Virus record (IMG/VR): IMGVR_UViG_3300045923_000198
Direction: 5' to 3' (one strand)
DNA: 64,000 nucleotides
Origin: an uncultured virus (IMG/VR IMGVR_UViG_3300045923_000198)
Lineage: Duplodnaviria > Heunggongvirae > Uroviricota > Caudoviricetes
A program made the translations under genes and the position numbers. This document shows, piece after piece, positions 18,371 through 26,916 of this stretch. The first letter of the stretch is position 1; the number at the start of each line of letters is the position of its first letter. A model generated the notes under the pieces. The model was not told where the DNA came from. It saw only the letters and a list, made by a program, of their open reading frames with translations, and ran no database searches.

Positions 18371-18931
18371 TCAGTTCAGCGAGAGACGGCCCGTGCGGAG
18401 GGCGGAGACCTTCGCACGCAAGAGCTTGTTCCACTGGTCTCGGAAGGTCTCGTCCGGGGAGATGCCCCCTTCGAGGATCTCTCGGATGGCGGAGAGGCAG
18501 AGCTGCTCGGCCTGAGCGTCGTCGATGCCGTGGAACTGCTCGATGACGTCAGGAGGGTGCAGGTAGGTGTAGCCGTCGTCCACGAAGTCCGGGTCCGGTG
18601 CCGGGAAGTGGTCGGGATCGATGGTGAGGATCTGGAATTCGTAGGCCGCTTCAGGGTAGATGCGAGCGGCCGGAGCGAGCCCCTGGACGTCGCGCAGGCA
18701 GACCACCGTGACGATCCACCACTCCCACCACGGGTGCGCTCCGGGGCGGTTCAGGAGCCACGAGGAGACCGTAGCCTCCTGCTCCGGCCCCTCATCCGTA
18801 GGGCGGAGCAGCCAGGCCCTTCCTGCCGGTCCTTCTTCGTCGGGCGCTCGCAAAGGTTCCTCGTCGTTCCACCTCTGCGAGTCAATCAAAACGTCTTCGA
18901 TGCGGGACCGAGGATTCGAGCTGGTGGTCAT
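18371..18931 (-). CDS. hypothetical protein
   Basis: 186 aa ORF with SD. Confidence 0.7.
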   Translation of the reverse strand: MTTSSNPRSRIEDVLIDSQRWNDEEPLRAPDEEGPAGRAWLLRPTDEGPEQEATVSSWLLNRPGAHPWWEWWIVTVVCLRDVQGLAPAARIYPEAAYEFQILTIDPDHFPAPDPDFVDDGYTYLHPPDVIEQFHGIDDAQAEQLCLSAIREILEGGISPDETFRDQWNKLLRAKVSALRTGRLSLN

Positions 18932-18940
18932 GAGGCTTCC

Positions 18941-20182
18941 TTAGAGGATTACACCGTTCGCCTTCGATTCCGCGGGGGTAGCCGATGGTGCGGTCGCCTT
19001 CTCGTTGCGCGCCTTCTCCGCCTTCTCGGCTTTCTTGAGCAGCTCGATCATGTGCGCGATGGTTTTGGAGACGTGCTCCACCTCGTCGTACTTGAGTTCG
19101 AGGGCGATGCCTCGGACGTAGTCCTGCGAGAGCCCATCGGTCATCTCGATGAACGCTTCCAGCTTCAGCGGGTCGAGCGTGACCTTGTGCTCGTCGAGGT
19201 AGCGCGTGAAGAGCACGCGCCGCTGGTCTGTGTTGGGGAGTCCGAACTTGACCCACGTGTCGATGCGGCCTGGTCGCAGCATCCCGGGGTCGAAGCCATC
19301 GGTCTTGTTCGCCGTCATGAGCACGCTGACGTGCGGGTGATCGGTCTTGAAACGCTGAAGGATGTCGAGGAGCGTCGGCAGACCCTTGCCTGGATCGGCC
19401 TTGTCCACGTCGTCGATCATCAGGAAGTCTGGCGCGAGGTGGGTCAGCAAGAAGGTGATGTCGCGCACGTGCACGTGACCGAGGCTCGACGCGTCCAGCT
19501 TCAGCGTGCGATGCCCGAGCTTCTCCGCGAAGGCGATCACGAAGCTCGATTTGCCCGTCCCCGCGTCGCCATAGAACATGTAGCTGCGGGGAACCTTGTC
19601 CATCGCGAACCGTCGATGGCGGCCGACCAGGTGATCGAAGTCCGCCTGCGTGTCGCCGAACATGGGGTTCGGGATCTCGCTGAAGGTCGCGAACTCGGAC
19701 TTCGTTCCCGAGCCCCACTGGCCAGGCCCGATCGTCACGTGCAAGCGGCCTTCGTAGCCGTCCCACAAACCCTTGAGGATCTCGGAAAAGTCGATCCCCT
19801 TCGTGTGGTAGAAGCTCTCCTCCGGACCGTTGTTCGAGTAGGTGTACTCGACGAAGAAGAGCGAGCCCATGTTCTTGTGGGACGCCTGGATGACGTCCAT
19901 GTACTCGGTCAGCGAGAACCTCCGGATGGTGAACTGCTCGTAGAGGTTCGTGCCGAAGAAGAGCGAGACGAACTGCTCGTTGCGGGTCTCTTCGAGTCCC
20001 AACCGCTCAATGAGCTGTTCCAGAGCGTTGCGCTTGGCCGGGGCGTAGATCCCCTCGATCGAGTCCACGATGGACAGCGCCTTGACAGCGACTTGAAGGA
20101 GCGTGTCCCCTCGGGCGGGGAGCTTCGGAACGATGTCGCTAGCGAGCTTCAAGGTGAGCTTGACGCTCTTGGGGATCATCAT
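18941..20182 (-). CDS. AAA+ ATPase
   Basis: Walker A GDAGTGKS, Walker B FLMIDD, SRH FDPGMLRPGRID. Confidence 0.9.
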   Translation of the reverse strand: MMIPKSVKLTLKLASDIVPKLPARGDTLLQVAVKALSIVDSIEGIYAPAKRNALEQLIERLGLEETRNEQFVSLFFGTNLYEQFTIRRFSLTEYMDVIQASHKNMGSLFFVEYTYSNNGPEESFYHTKGIDFSEILKGLWDGYEGRLHVTIGPGQWGSGTKSEFATFSEIPNPMFGDTQADFDHLVGRHRRFAMDKVPRSYMFYGDAGTGKSSFVIAFAEKLGHRTLKLDASSLGHVHVRDITFLLTHLAPDFLMIDDVDKADPGKGLPTLLDILQRFKTDHPHVSVLMTANKTDGFDPGMLRPGRIDTWVKFGLPNTDQRRVLFTRYLDEHKVTLDPLKLEAFIEMTDGLSQDYVRGIALELKYDEVEHVSKTIAHMIELLKKAEKAEKARNEKATAPSATPAESKANGVIL

Positions 20183-20192
20183 GCGCAACCAG

Positions 20193-20206
20193 TACACCGC
20201 GGTGTA
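20193..20206. promoter_or_regulatory. palindromic TACACCGCGGTGTA, divergent GGTGTA motifs
   Basis: 10 nt to ATG 20182(-), 11 nt to ATG 20218(+). Confidence 0.75.
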
Positions 20207-20217
20207 GGAGTACCTAG

Positions 20218-21351
20218 ATGGATCAGCCCTTCGCCGAGATACTTGGGGCGGCGGCCGCACGGACAGCGGAGACAGAGTTCCAACCCACGGCCGAGACGTT
20301 CCTTCGGCTGAGGGCAGCTCTGGACGCCTACGAGGCCGTGGCTCGCTGCCAGGGTGAAGCTCAGGTCATGGAGCGGGTGTTCGGGGCGCTCAATGCCGAG
20401 GTGCCAGCGAATCTCGTCAAGGTGACCAAGGAACAGGTCAACATCACGGTCATCGAGCTGAGGAACGCGCTGAACGCAGTCCTTGAGCATCTCGGCCCCG
20501 TGACAGCGAAGACCAACGGCGTGCACGTTTCTGCTCCAGTCCCGCCCCCACCTGCCCCGCTCACGGCGCCCGTTCTGACGGCCAGCACACTCATCAAGCG
20601 GGCAGCCAAAACTCCTCTGACGAAGGATGTGGAAGGCGCGAGGCGCGTGCTCAAGGAGATCGGTGACCTTCGTCGCACGGGTGTGGGCGACATGAGCCCC
20701 CTTCGCCTTCTGCCTCTCCTCCAGGCGATAGCGGCAGAGGCGAGGTACCTGGTCGAGCAGCTCCCAGAGAACGACCCCCTGCACAGGATGCTCGTCAACG
20801 AGTTTCGCCAGATCGTCAAGTTCAAGGAGGACGCGAACATCTCGGACTTCATCAACGGGCTGTCCCATGGAGCCCGAGGGGATTGGACCGAGATCGCTCG
20901 TGAGAACCGAGCCGCTGTCGCACGGTTCGACAAGGCGCTGGCCAAGGTCGAGAAGGAAGCGGCACCAGAGCTTCCCAAGGTGGAGACCACGGTCGCGTCC
21001 GTGCGCTTCCCCAAGCTCCTGAGGCTCATCCAGGAGAGCGGCAAGCTCCCGATCATCGGCGGCTTGGAGATCAAAGAGCGGCTCGACCACATCAAGAACG
21101 AGCTTGGCATCGAGGCGACGTGGTACGAGTGCGAGAAGAAGAGCCCCCGCCAGCTCGATACCATCGTGGCCAGATTGTCGAGCGGCAAGACACCTGCGGT
21201 GGTCTTGCTTGAGCACTTCATCTCAAGCACCGCCATCCGGACGATCATGAAGGCGTGCGAGACGGCTCACGTCCAGTACGTGACCGCAGGCAGGGGCGGC
21301 ACCGGAGCCCTCGAACTCGCGTTCATGGCCCTCGAAGGCCGGTTGCAGTAG
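20218..21351 (+). CDS. hypothetical protein with DUF2325-like C-terminal domain
   Basis: IIGG...VVLLEHFISS..IMKACETAHVQYV. Confidence 0.7.
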   Translation: MDQPFAEILGAAAARTAETEFQPTAETFLRLRAALDAYEAVARCQGEAQVMERVFGALNAEVPANLVKVTKEQVNITVIELRNALNAVLEHLGPVTAKTNGVHVSAPVPPPPAPLTAPVLTASTLIKRAAKTPLTKDVEGARRVLKEIGDLRRTGVGDMSPLRLLPLLQAIAAEARYLVEQLPENDPLHRMLVNEFRQIVKFKEDANISDFINGLSHGARGDWTEIARENRAAVARFDKALAKVEKEAAPELPKVETTVASVRFPKLLRLIQESGKLPIIGGLEIKERLDHIKNELGIEATWYECEKKSPRQLDTIVARLSSGKTPAVVLLEHFISSTAIRTIMKACETAHVQYVTAGRGGTGALELAFMALEGRLQ

Positions 21352-21424
21352 CGCTCCCGGCAGGATTTGAACCCGCGACATCCGACACTAGAGGGCCGGC
21401 GCTCTGCCACTGAGCTACGGGAGC
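21352..21424 (-). tRNA. atypical tRNA with 8-nt anticodon loop CCUCUAGU (CUA suppressor-like or UCU Arg-like)
   Basis: Acceptor GCTCCCG/CGGGAGC, D GCTC/GAGC, AC stem CCGGC/GTCGG, T-loop TTCAAAT; no encoded CCA. Confidence 0.8.
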
Positions 21425-21430
21425 AATGAG

Positions 21431-21503
21431 TGGGGCTTACGGGGTTCGAACCCGTGCTGACCGGAGGTTAGAAGTCCGCGCTCTGCCGCTGAGCTAAAGC
21501 CCC
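21431..21503 (-). tRNA. tRNA with anticodon CUA (amber suppressor-like)
   Basis: Acceptor GGGGCTT/AAGCCCC, D GCTC/GAGC, loop TT-CTA-AC with C31-C39 mismatch, T-loop TTCGAAC. Confidence 0.8.
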
Positions 21504-22253
21504 AAGAGACTTGAGATGCTCGTACCGTCGTACTGTGTTGTCGATGAACTCCTGGTAGGTTTGCGTGCCCTTCTCCTTGTTGCAAGGGAAGCAACAAGGC
21601 AGGCAGTTGTCAAGATCGTAGCCCCTGTTGTTGTCTCTGCGATCGATCCCACCCTTCTTCACCCCCATTTCCCGGAGCTGAAGAACATGGGGGTCGGCAC
21701 TTGGAGCCCGATTGCAATAGTGGCACGGGCTTGTGACCAGAACCCTGAACTGCTCTGGGGTCAGCGGTACAGACCTGTTAGCACGGCGCATTGCAGACCT
21801 GTATGCTGAAAGCTCTGGTACCCATGGGTTAGGGTTTCTTGTAGCTCTGGTTCTGGAGGACGTAAGCTCTCGTGCCAAGCACCCACAAGATTGTGAGCCC
21901 CCTCGTCGCAGGAGGTGCCCCGTGATCACCTTGATCGTGCCGCAATCGCATCGGCATTCCCAGCGATATGTCCTGTTCTTGCTCCTGGCGACCTTTTGCA
22001 AGACCACCAGACGGCCGAATCTTTGACCTGTCAGGTCAGACACCTTGGCCCGCATCCTCTGGCTGGCCAGTTCCTTCGAGAGACAACCACACGACTGCGT
22101 TGCTCCCGAAGTCAGGTGATTGCGGCGTACCATACGCGATACCCCGCAATCACAGCGGCACCACAAACGCACGTGGCGTCCGTACTCAGGAGTATCCCCT
22201 GTTACAGTGAGACGTCCGAATTTCCGACCTACAAGTTCCCGCTGGTCTTGCAC
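21468..22253 (-). CDS. HNH-type homing endonuclease-like protein
   Basis: Two G.[KR]FGRL.V...C.CDCG...L..G..QSCGC repeats; CHYC...GIDRRDNNRGY..NCLPCC..CN; looks less GC-rich than flanks. Confidence 0.85.
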   Translation of the reverse strand: MQDQRELVGRKFGRLTVTGDTPEYGRHVRLWCRCDCGVSRMVRRNHLTSGATQSCGCLSKELASQRMRAKVSDLTGQRFGRLVVLQKVARSKNRTYRWECRCDCGTIKVITGHLLRRGGSQSCGCLARELTSSRTRATRNPNPWVPELSAYRSAMRRANRSVPLTPEQFRVLVTSPCHYCNRAPSADPHVLQLREMGVKKGGIDRRDNNRGYDLDNCLPCCFPCNKEKGTQTYQEFIDNTVRRYEHLKSLGALAQRQSADF

Positions 22254-22621
22254 GCTCTAGGTGACGTACAAGTGGATTCTTGTCCAGAAGGCGTGCGAGA
22301 GTGACAGAGGGCCAAGGGTAGTCTCTGAACGAGCCTCTTACCCCCAGACCCCACCACGATGGCGGTCATCGAATCACCGAGATCCGGCTCTCGAAATCGG
22401 ACTACGGGAACGTCGGCATCCTCGGCACGATAGTACAGAGCGCGCAGGTGCTTCTCTGTTGGCACGGACAAGAACGCCAAGATGTTCGACTCGGAGTACC
22501 AGGACTTGGTGTCGAGATGGTGTGCCAGGCAGTATTCAACAACGGCATGCATTCCTTGCACTGCCTGCTGACCTGGGGGCAGGTCTGCCCGCACGATCAC
22601 GAATAGCTTACGTGCCTGCAT
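22229..22621 (-). CDS. peptidyl-tRNA hydrolase type II (PTH2)-like protein
   Basis: KLFVIVRADL..GQQAVQGMHA...FREPDLGDSMTAI. Confidence 0.8.
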   Translation of the reverse strand: MQARKLFVIVRADLPPGQQAVQGMHAVVEYCLAHHLDTKSWYSESNILAFLSVPTEKHLRALYYRAEDADVPVVRFREPDLGDSMTAIVVGSGGKRLVQRLPLALCHSRTPSGQESTCTSPRACKTSGNL

Positions 22622-22835
22622 CGTCCTTCTCCATCTGCGCATCGTAGGCGTCGTCCAAGGAGAAGACCTCGGTCGTCTCCTTCTTGACACAGCACCCGCA
22701 CCCGTGGCGGCATTCGCGCACGCGCGTGAAGCCCTCCTTGATCCACTCGTCCCCGCTGTAGCGAAGATGCCAGCCCTTCATCGTGAGGTAGCTGACCATG
22801 TGCACTTCACGCATCGACAGACCGCAGCACGTCAT
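22608..22835 (-). CDS. small Cys-rich hypothetical protein
   Basis: Coupled start; CRHGCGCC. Confidence 0.55.
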   Translation of the reverse strand: MTCCGLSMREVHMVSYLTMKGWHLRYSGDEWIKEGFTRVRECRHGCGCCVKKETTEVFSLDDAYDAQMEKDDAGT

Positions 22836-23008
22836 CACTTCTCTCCGTCGTCGTTGGTCAGGGGCTTCGCGCACCTGCACTTGTGTTCGTCGCACGTCTT
22901 CGCGCCTACGAACGGAACGCATGAAACCCAGCGGGCCTGCTTATCGCAGACCCCCTGAGTCTGGATGGCGTTGCCGTCTTCGTCCTCACGCCATGTCTGG
23001 CAGTTCAT
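22835..23008 (-). CDS. small Cys-rich hypothetical protein
   Basis: MNCQTW...CDEHKCRC; ATGA coupling. Confidence 0.55.
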   Translation of the reverse strand: MNCQTWREDEDGNAIQTQGVCDKQARWVSCVPFVGAKTCDEHKCRCAKPLTNDDGEK

Positions 23009-23298
23009 GGGATGTAGACCGTGTCCTCTCCGCGCTCCTCCGCGAGGGTGTTCTCCACGCGAAGAAACGCGCGGGTCTCCTCGATGAGCGCCATGCGCTT
23101 GCAGCCTGCTTCGTGTTCGCCTGCTGTTCGGTCGGCCCCAAAGTTCGAATGCCGGTACTGAAGCGCCTCGCACTCGGGGCAACACGAAGCGTACTCCGCG
23201 TGACAGTGGCAGGCCGTGTTGACCTGCCCCGACCACTCGCCATCGAGGGCGAGCTGGAGCAGGTCGGCCATGATCTGGTTGGTCGAGCGGGGGTCCAT
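23005..23298 (-). CDS. small Cys-rich hypothetical protein
   Basis: CHCH...CCPEC. Confidence 0.6.
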   Translation of the reverse strand: MDPRSTNQIMADLLQLALDGEWSGQVNTACHCHAEYASCCPECEALQYRHSNFGADRTAGEHEAGCKRMALIEETRAFLRVENTLAEERGEDTVYIP

Positions 23299-23300
23299 GT

Positions 23301-23744
23301 TCAGGCTGTCTTCCCGAACAGGCGAGCAAGGAGCCCAGGCTTGCTGACCGCGACCGCCGGCGCGACCACGGGGACGGGCTCGGACTTGGGGGCCTCCTGA
23401 ACGACCGCTGCGGGCGCTGGTTCCGAAGCCAGCCACGCCTTGACGTTCGCCAGCTCCAGCTTGAAGCCGTGGGCCATCGCCACATTGCAGATGCCGGAAG
23501 CGGAGGGCATGTTGAACTCGCCGCACTTCGGCTCGCACGCGATGTACGGCTTACCGCGCAGCATCGCGTAAGCGAGGAGCAGGAGCCTCGTCTCGTCGCC
23601 GTAGTCGCGCTTCTCGACCCACGCCTGCCAGCGATCCATGCCGGCTGCGTCGCGGATTGCTCCACGCAGGACCGTGCGGCTCACGTGCTCGCGGTCACAA
23701 AGGCTCTTCTTGATCTCGGGGTACTTCACGTTTTTCTTGCTCAT
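23301..23744 (-). CDS. hypothetical protein, first gene of the PTH2/tRNA operon
   Basis: GGAG SD; LLLAYAMLRGKPY..CE. Confidence 0.75.
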   Translation of the reverse strand: MSKKNVKYPEIKKSLCDREHVSRTVLRGAIRDAAGMDRWQAWVEKRDYGDETRLLLLAYAMLRGKPYIACEPKCGEFNMPSASGICNVAMAHGFKLELANVKAWLASEPAPAAVVQEAPKSEPVPVVAPAVAVSKPGLLARLFGKTA

Positions 23745-23860
23745 GACACTCTCCGTTTTCGTTGGGTTGCTCGACCTGGTTGGAGGGAGCATCGCCACGG
23801 AGGGCCACGAGCGCGCTGCGGGTGCAGCTACGTGAAACCGCTGATGTACAGCTAGAGCAT
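23741..23860 (-). promoter_or_regulatory. leaderless uORF ML*LYISGFT*LHPQRARGPPW...VS(TGA) with two in-frame TAGs and an RGPP motif
   Basis: ATG 7 nt after the -10; 40 codons ending in ATGA overlap with the next gene; CTCCGT complementary to SD region ACGGAG. Confidence 0.6.
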
Positions 23861-23867
23861 GGGAGGC

Positions 23868-23896
23868 ATTCTGCGGCCCATGGCCGGGGATGTCAA
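23868..23896 (-). promoter_or_regulatory. sigma70-type promoter TTGACA-N17-CAGAAT
   Basis: Consensus -35, 17-nt spacer, 4/6 -10. Confidence 0.75.
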
Positions 23897-23911
23897 GAGC
23901 TTCGCTGACGG

Positions 23912-24916
23912 CTAGACGCTCTCGCCGCGGGGGACGCAGAACTTGTCGTCGTCCATGACGGCGTTCATCTCGGCCACGGACATGATGCGCTTCTCGGGGA
24001 AGAGGACGTCGTTGATGACCCTCGTCAGCTCCTCGGGGGTGAGTTTGCTACCGCCGACACGAGGGCTGCCGCCAACGGTGTTGGAACCGCCCCAGCAATC
24101 CAGGGCATCCTTCCCCTCCTCCGCGTTGAAGCGCTTGAAGAGTGCCTGAAGGTTGAACGGAATGAAGGGCGACATGCGTCCAAGCACATACGTGTACTTG
24201 CCGTCCGGCCTCTCACGCACGCTCACGTAGGCGCGGATGCCTTCGGCGAACATTCCGGTTCTGGCCTGCGCTCCGGTCTCCTTGACCATCTTCCAGCCCT
24301 TGCCGCCCCCGATGACCTCGAAGCGTGTGTCAAGGTGCCTCCGGTCACCGTTGCCCACGAGGTGATGACCGATGCGGTTGGCCACGTCTTCGATGATGGA
24401 TCGGTAGGCGTGGGGCTGCTTCTTGTCGATCTCCCCTGACAAGCGGAACTGCCTGTAGGGCTCGAAGATCCACGCCAGCTCTTGCAAGACCGGCAAGTCA
24501 ACGGGAAAAGGGTAAGCGCCCGCAGTTGCGTCGAGCGCGTCCTCCATGGCGACCAGCCTGTTGAGCAGGGGGTTCATCGTCTGCTCCGACCAGTGGTGGT
24601 TCTTGAGCAGGAACCAGGAAAGGCACACGTCCTCGTCGCAGTCGTTGACGTAGACGTTGGCCTTCGGCCCTTCGTTCGTCCGAAACAGCTCGAAGAGACC
24701 CTGGCGAATCACCATGAGGGTCTGCGCACACGTCGCGCGAGTGGCCAGTCGGTCCACCTCTTCGTGGTGGTTGATGTTCAGAGCGACACGCCTCTCGTTG
24801 AACTGCGGGCCGCCATAGACGAACCCGTCGAGTGCGATGGCGTACGGGCCAGCTTTCGCCACGAACTCGTCCCACTGCATCGGAGGTAGCTGAGGTTCGA
24901 CCATGAGCTTGATCAT
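23912..24916 (-). CDS. hypothetical protein, possibly DHH-phosphoesterase-like
   Basis: IALDG, NINHH, VNDCDED, WGGSNTVGGSPR. Confidence 0.6.
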   Translation of the reverse strand: MIKLMVEPQLPPMQWDEFVAKAGPYAIALDGFVYGGPQFNERRVALNINHHEEVDRLATRATCAQTLMVIRQGLFELFRTNEGPKANVYVNDCDEDVCLSWFLLKNHHWSEQTMNPLLNRLVAMEDALDATAGAYPFPVDLPVLQELAWIFEPYRQFRLSGEIDKKQPHAYRSIIEDVANRIGHHLVGNGDRRHLDTRFEVIGGGKGWKMVKETGAQARTGMFAEGIRAYVSVRERPDGKYTYVLGRMSPFIPFNLQALFKRFNAEEGKDALDCWGGSNTVGGSPRVGGSKLTPEELTRVINDVLFPEKRIMSVAEMNAVMDDDKFCVPRGESV

Positions 24917-24931
24917 GGCCGGATCATACAC

Positions 24932-25735
24932 CTACCCGGTGCGGTCTGCGATCCAGCGACCGTAGGCAGCGGATTCCCCAATCGGAACGCTCGTGTACTG
25001 GAGCAAGTCCAACACAACCTTCGGGTTGCAGTCGTAGATCCCCGATCCGAAGAGAGGGTTTGCTTCGATGACTGCCCAGCCTCGGTCTCGGATCCATCCC
25101 ACGTCGATCACCACGGGGAGGTCGCTCTCGATCTGTCGGTGAGACAGAACATCCGCCATGAAGCGCTGCATGGACTTCATCTCCGCTTCCTTGGAGATCC
25201 ATTGCACGCACTTGCCATCGTCAAGACGGCTGTAGCAGGCGCTCGTGCGCACCGTGCTGGCCATGACGAAGTTGCGGAACTCCGACTCGAACACCACTGG
25301 CTCGGACATGAGCACGGGAGTGGAGTTGGGCAGCAACCGCGTCTGGTCTTGGAAGTCGAGCGCGGATCCGTAGACCTTCGCCGGGAAGCACTTCTCGTCC
25401 GCTGGCTTGATGAATGACCTGCCGGGTAGGATCCGGGCGTCCTTGAGCGTCAAGAACTGGACGCTCCTCTTCAGGAAGTCGCTCGGCACGCGCGTGAGCC
25501 AGTCGAAAGGCGGCTCGATGAGCACCCTGTCGAACCGTTCCGCGACACCAGCGCAAAACAGGGGCTCACCGTAGATGGCGAGCCCCGTGTTTGCGTGCCA
25601 GGTTTCCTTGACCTCGTCCGGTACACGCCAGGTACGCAGGCGGTAGACGTCCCATGCTGGGGACAGTTTCACTGCCGCTCTCCACAGAGCGTTGGTGTCC
25701 TGCGTGAAGCGCGGTGTCAGGACGAGGAGCGGCAA
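24932..25735 (-). CDS. ATP-grasp domain protein (DUF4343/R2K-like)
   Basis: FLKRSV, FIKP..EKCF, SEPV.FESEFRNFV, VIDVG...GWAVIEANP..GSGIY. Confidence 0.82.
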   Translation of the reverse strand: MPLLVLTPRFTQDTNALWRAAVKLSPAWDVYRLRTWRVPDEVKETWHANTGLAIYGEPLFCAGVAERFDRVLIEPPFDWLTRVPSDFLKRSVQFLTLKDARILPGRSFIKPADEKCFPAKVYGSALDFQDQTRLLPNSTPVLMSEPVVFESEFRNFVMASTVRTSACYSRLDDGKCVQWISKEAEMKSMQRFMADVLSHRQIESDLPVVIDVGWIRDRGWAVIEANPLFGSGIYDCNPKVVLDLLQYTSVPIGESAAYGRWIADRTG

Positions 25736-26074
25736 TCAGTCCTCGCTGTCGTAGCCCCTGGAGCCGCGCTTGCCCGCTGGCTCATCGTGCCGACGCCGAC
25801 CCTTGCCGGCCGGCTTGCGCTGATCGGCGACCTCGACGTAGCTCGTGACCTGGGCCGAACCGCCCATCGAGCTGCCGCCTTGCGGGGCGGGCGCTCCGCC
25901 TCCGTTCTGCATGTCCTTCTGCGCCTTGCGGGCCTGACGGCACGGCTTGCAGCGCGTCGGAGAGGTGAAGCCCTTCTCGGCGAAGAAGGCTTGCTCGCCA
26001 GCCTCGAAGAGGAAGGGTTGCTTGCAGTCGCGGCAGTTGAGGGTCTGGTCCTGAAACGGGTTCACGTTGTTCAT
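25736..26074 (-). CDS. zinc-ribbon domain protein (zf-trcl-like)
   Basis: DQTLNCRDCKQPFLFEAGEQAFFAEKGF..PTRCKPCR. Confidence 0.85.
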   Translation of the reverse strand: MNNVNPFQDQTLNCRDCKQPFLFEAGEQAFFAEKGFTSPTRCKPCRQARKAQKDMQNGGGAPAPQGGSSMGGSAQVTSYVEVADQRKPAGKGRRRHDEPAGKRGSRGYDSED

Positions 26075-26103
26075 CACTCGATCCTTGCGGTTACACTGAG
26101 CAG

Positions 26104-26433
26104 TTACGCCTGCCCCACGGTTTGGGTGCCCCCGAAGATGGTGTCCCATCCTGATTTGTAGGCGGCACTGTTGACCATCGCTGGGCCGCCCTTGTGGACG
26201 ACCTCATCGACTCTGTACAAGTTATCTTGAAGGTGACTGATACGAAGAACGTCACTGACGTCGTCGGGCTTGTCCTCCGGGGGGCCTTCGGGCAGCACAC
26301 GCATGGTGCCGCTCTCGATGACCGTCCCCGTGTCCTCTTCCCGTTGACGGACGAAGGTGATGTCCCCGTTCGGCAGAACAGGTCCGACCGCGATCACGTC
26401 GCTATGGTTGTCGGTCTTCTTCTCGTCCGCCAC
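26104..26433 (-). CDS. hypothetical protein
   Basis: GTG 9 nt after GGTGTA. Confidence 0.7.
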   Translation of the reverse strand: MADEKKTDNHSDVIAVGPVLPNGDITFVRQREEDTGTVIESGTMRVLPEGPPEDKPDDVSDVLRISHLQDNLYRVDEVVHKGGPAMVNSAAYKSGWDTIFGGTQTVGQA

Positions 26434-26439
26434 GACAGC

Positions 26440-26856
26440 CTATACACCGTTTCGTTGCTTGCGGAGGTTGATGGTGATGGGCACCCTCACCACGCCTATC
26501 TCAGGGCGACTACCCGGGTTTACCCAGCTCACCCCGATGTACGAAGGGCTGACAACCGGATAAGGGGCCTGCGGCTTGGGAGGCGGTGGCGGCTGGATCT
26601 GGACCTTGTCCAGCGCGGACTTCACGAGGACGAGCATCTTGAAGCGCTCGGTCTTGACCGTGTCTCCGCCGTTCCTGTCCGGGTGTAGCTCCAGGCACAG
26701 CCGGCGGAAGTTGTGCTTCGCCCGTTCCTTCAGACTGGCCAGCGTCTCTTGAGCCCTCTCGAAGGGCATCCTGTCGCAGGCTTGCAGCTCGGCAACCGAG
26801 ATGCCCAGATCGCTCAAACCTCGTGTCATCGTTACAGGATCTACGGCTGGGGTCAT
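26440..26856 (-). CDS. J-domain-like protein
   Basis: FRRLCLELHPDRNGGD...ERFK. Confidence 0.7.
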   Translation of the reverse strand: MTPAVDPVTMTRGLSDLGISVAELQACDRMPFERAQETLASLKERAKHNFRRLCLELHPDRNGGDTVKTERFKMLVLVKSALDKVQIQPPPPPKPQAPYPVVSPSYIGVSWVNPGSRPEIGVVRVPITINLRKQRNGV

Positions 26857-26916
26857 GACACGACGGTGTATCGTTTTAACGAGCGCACTGATGCGCCGAC
26901 ATAGGAAGAACCTCGA

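Noticed and set aside
18356..20311. 651-aa plus-strand ORF
   Set aside because: Antisense shadow of the AAA+ ATPase and its neighbour, typical of high-GC DNA.
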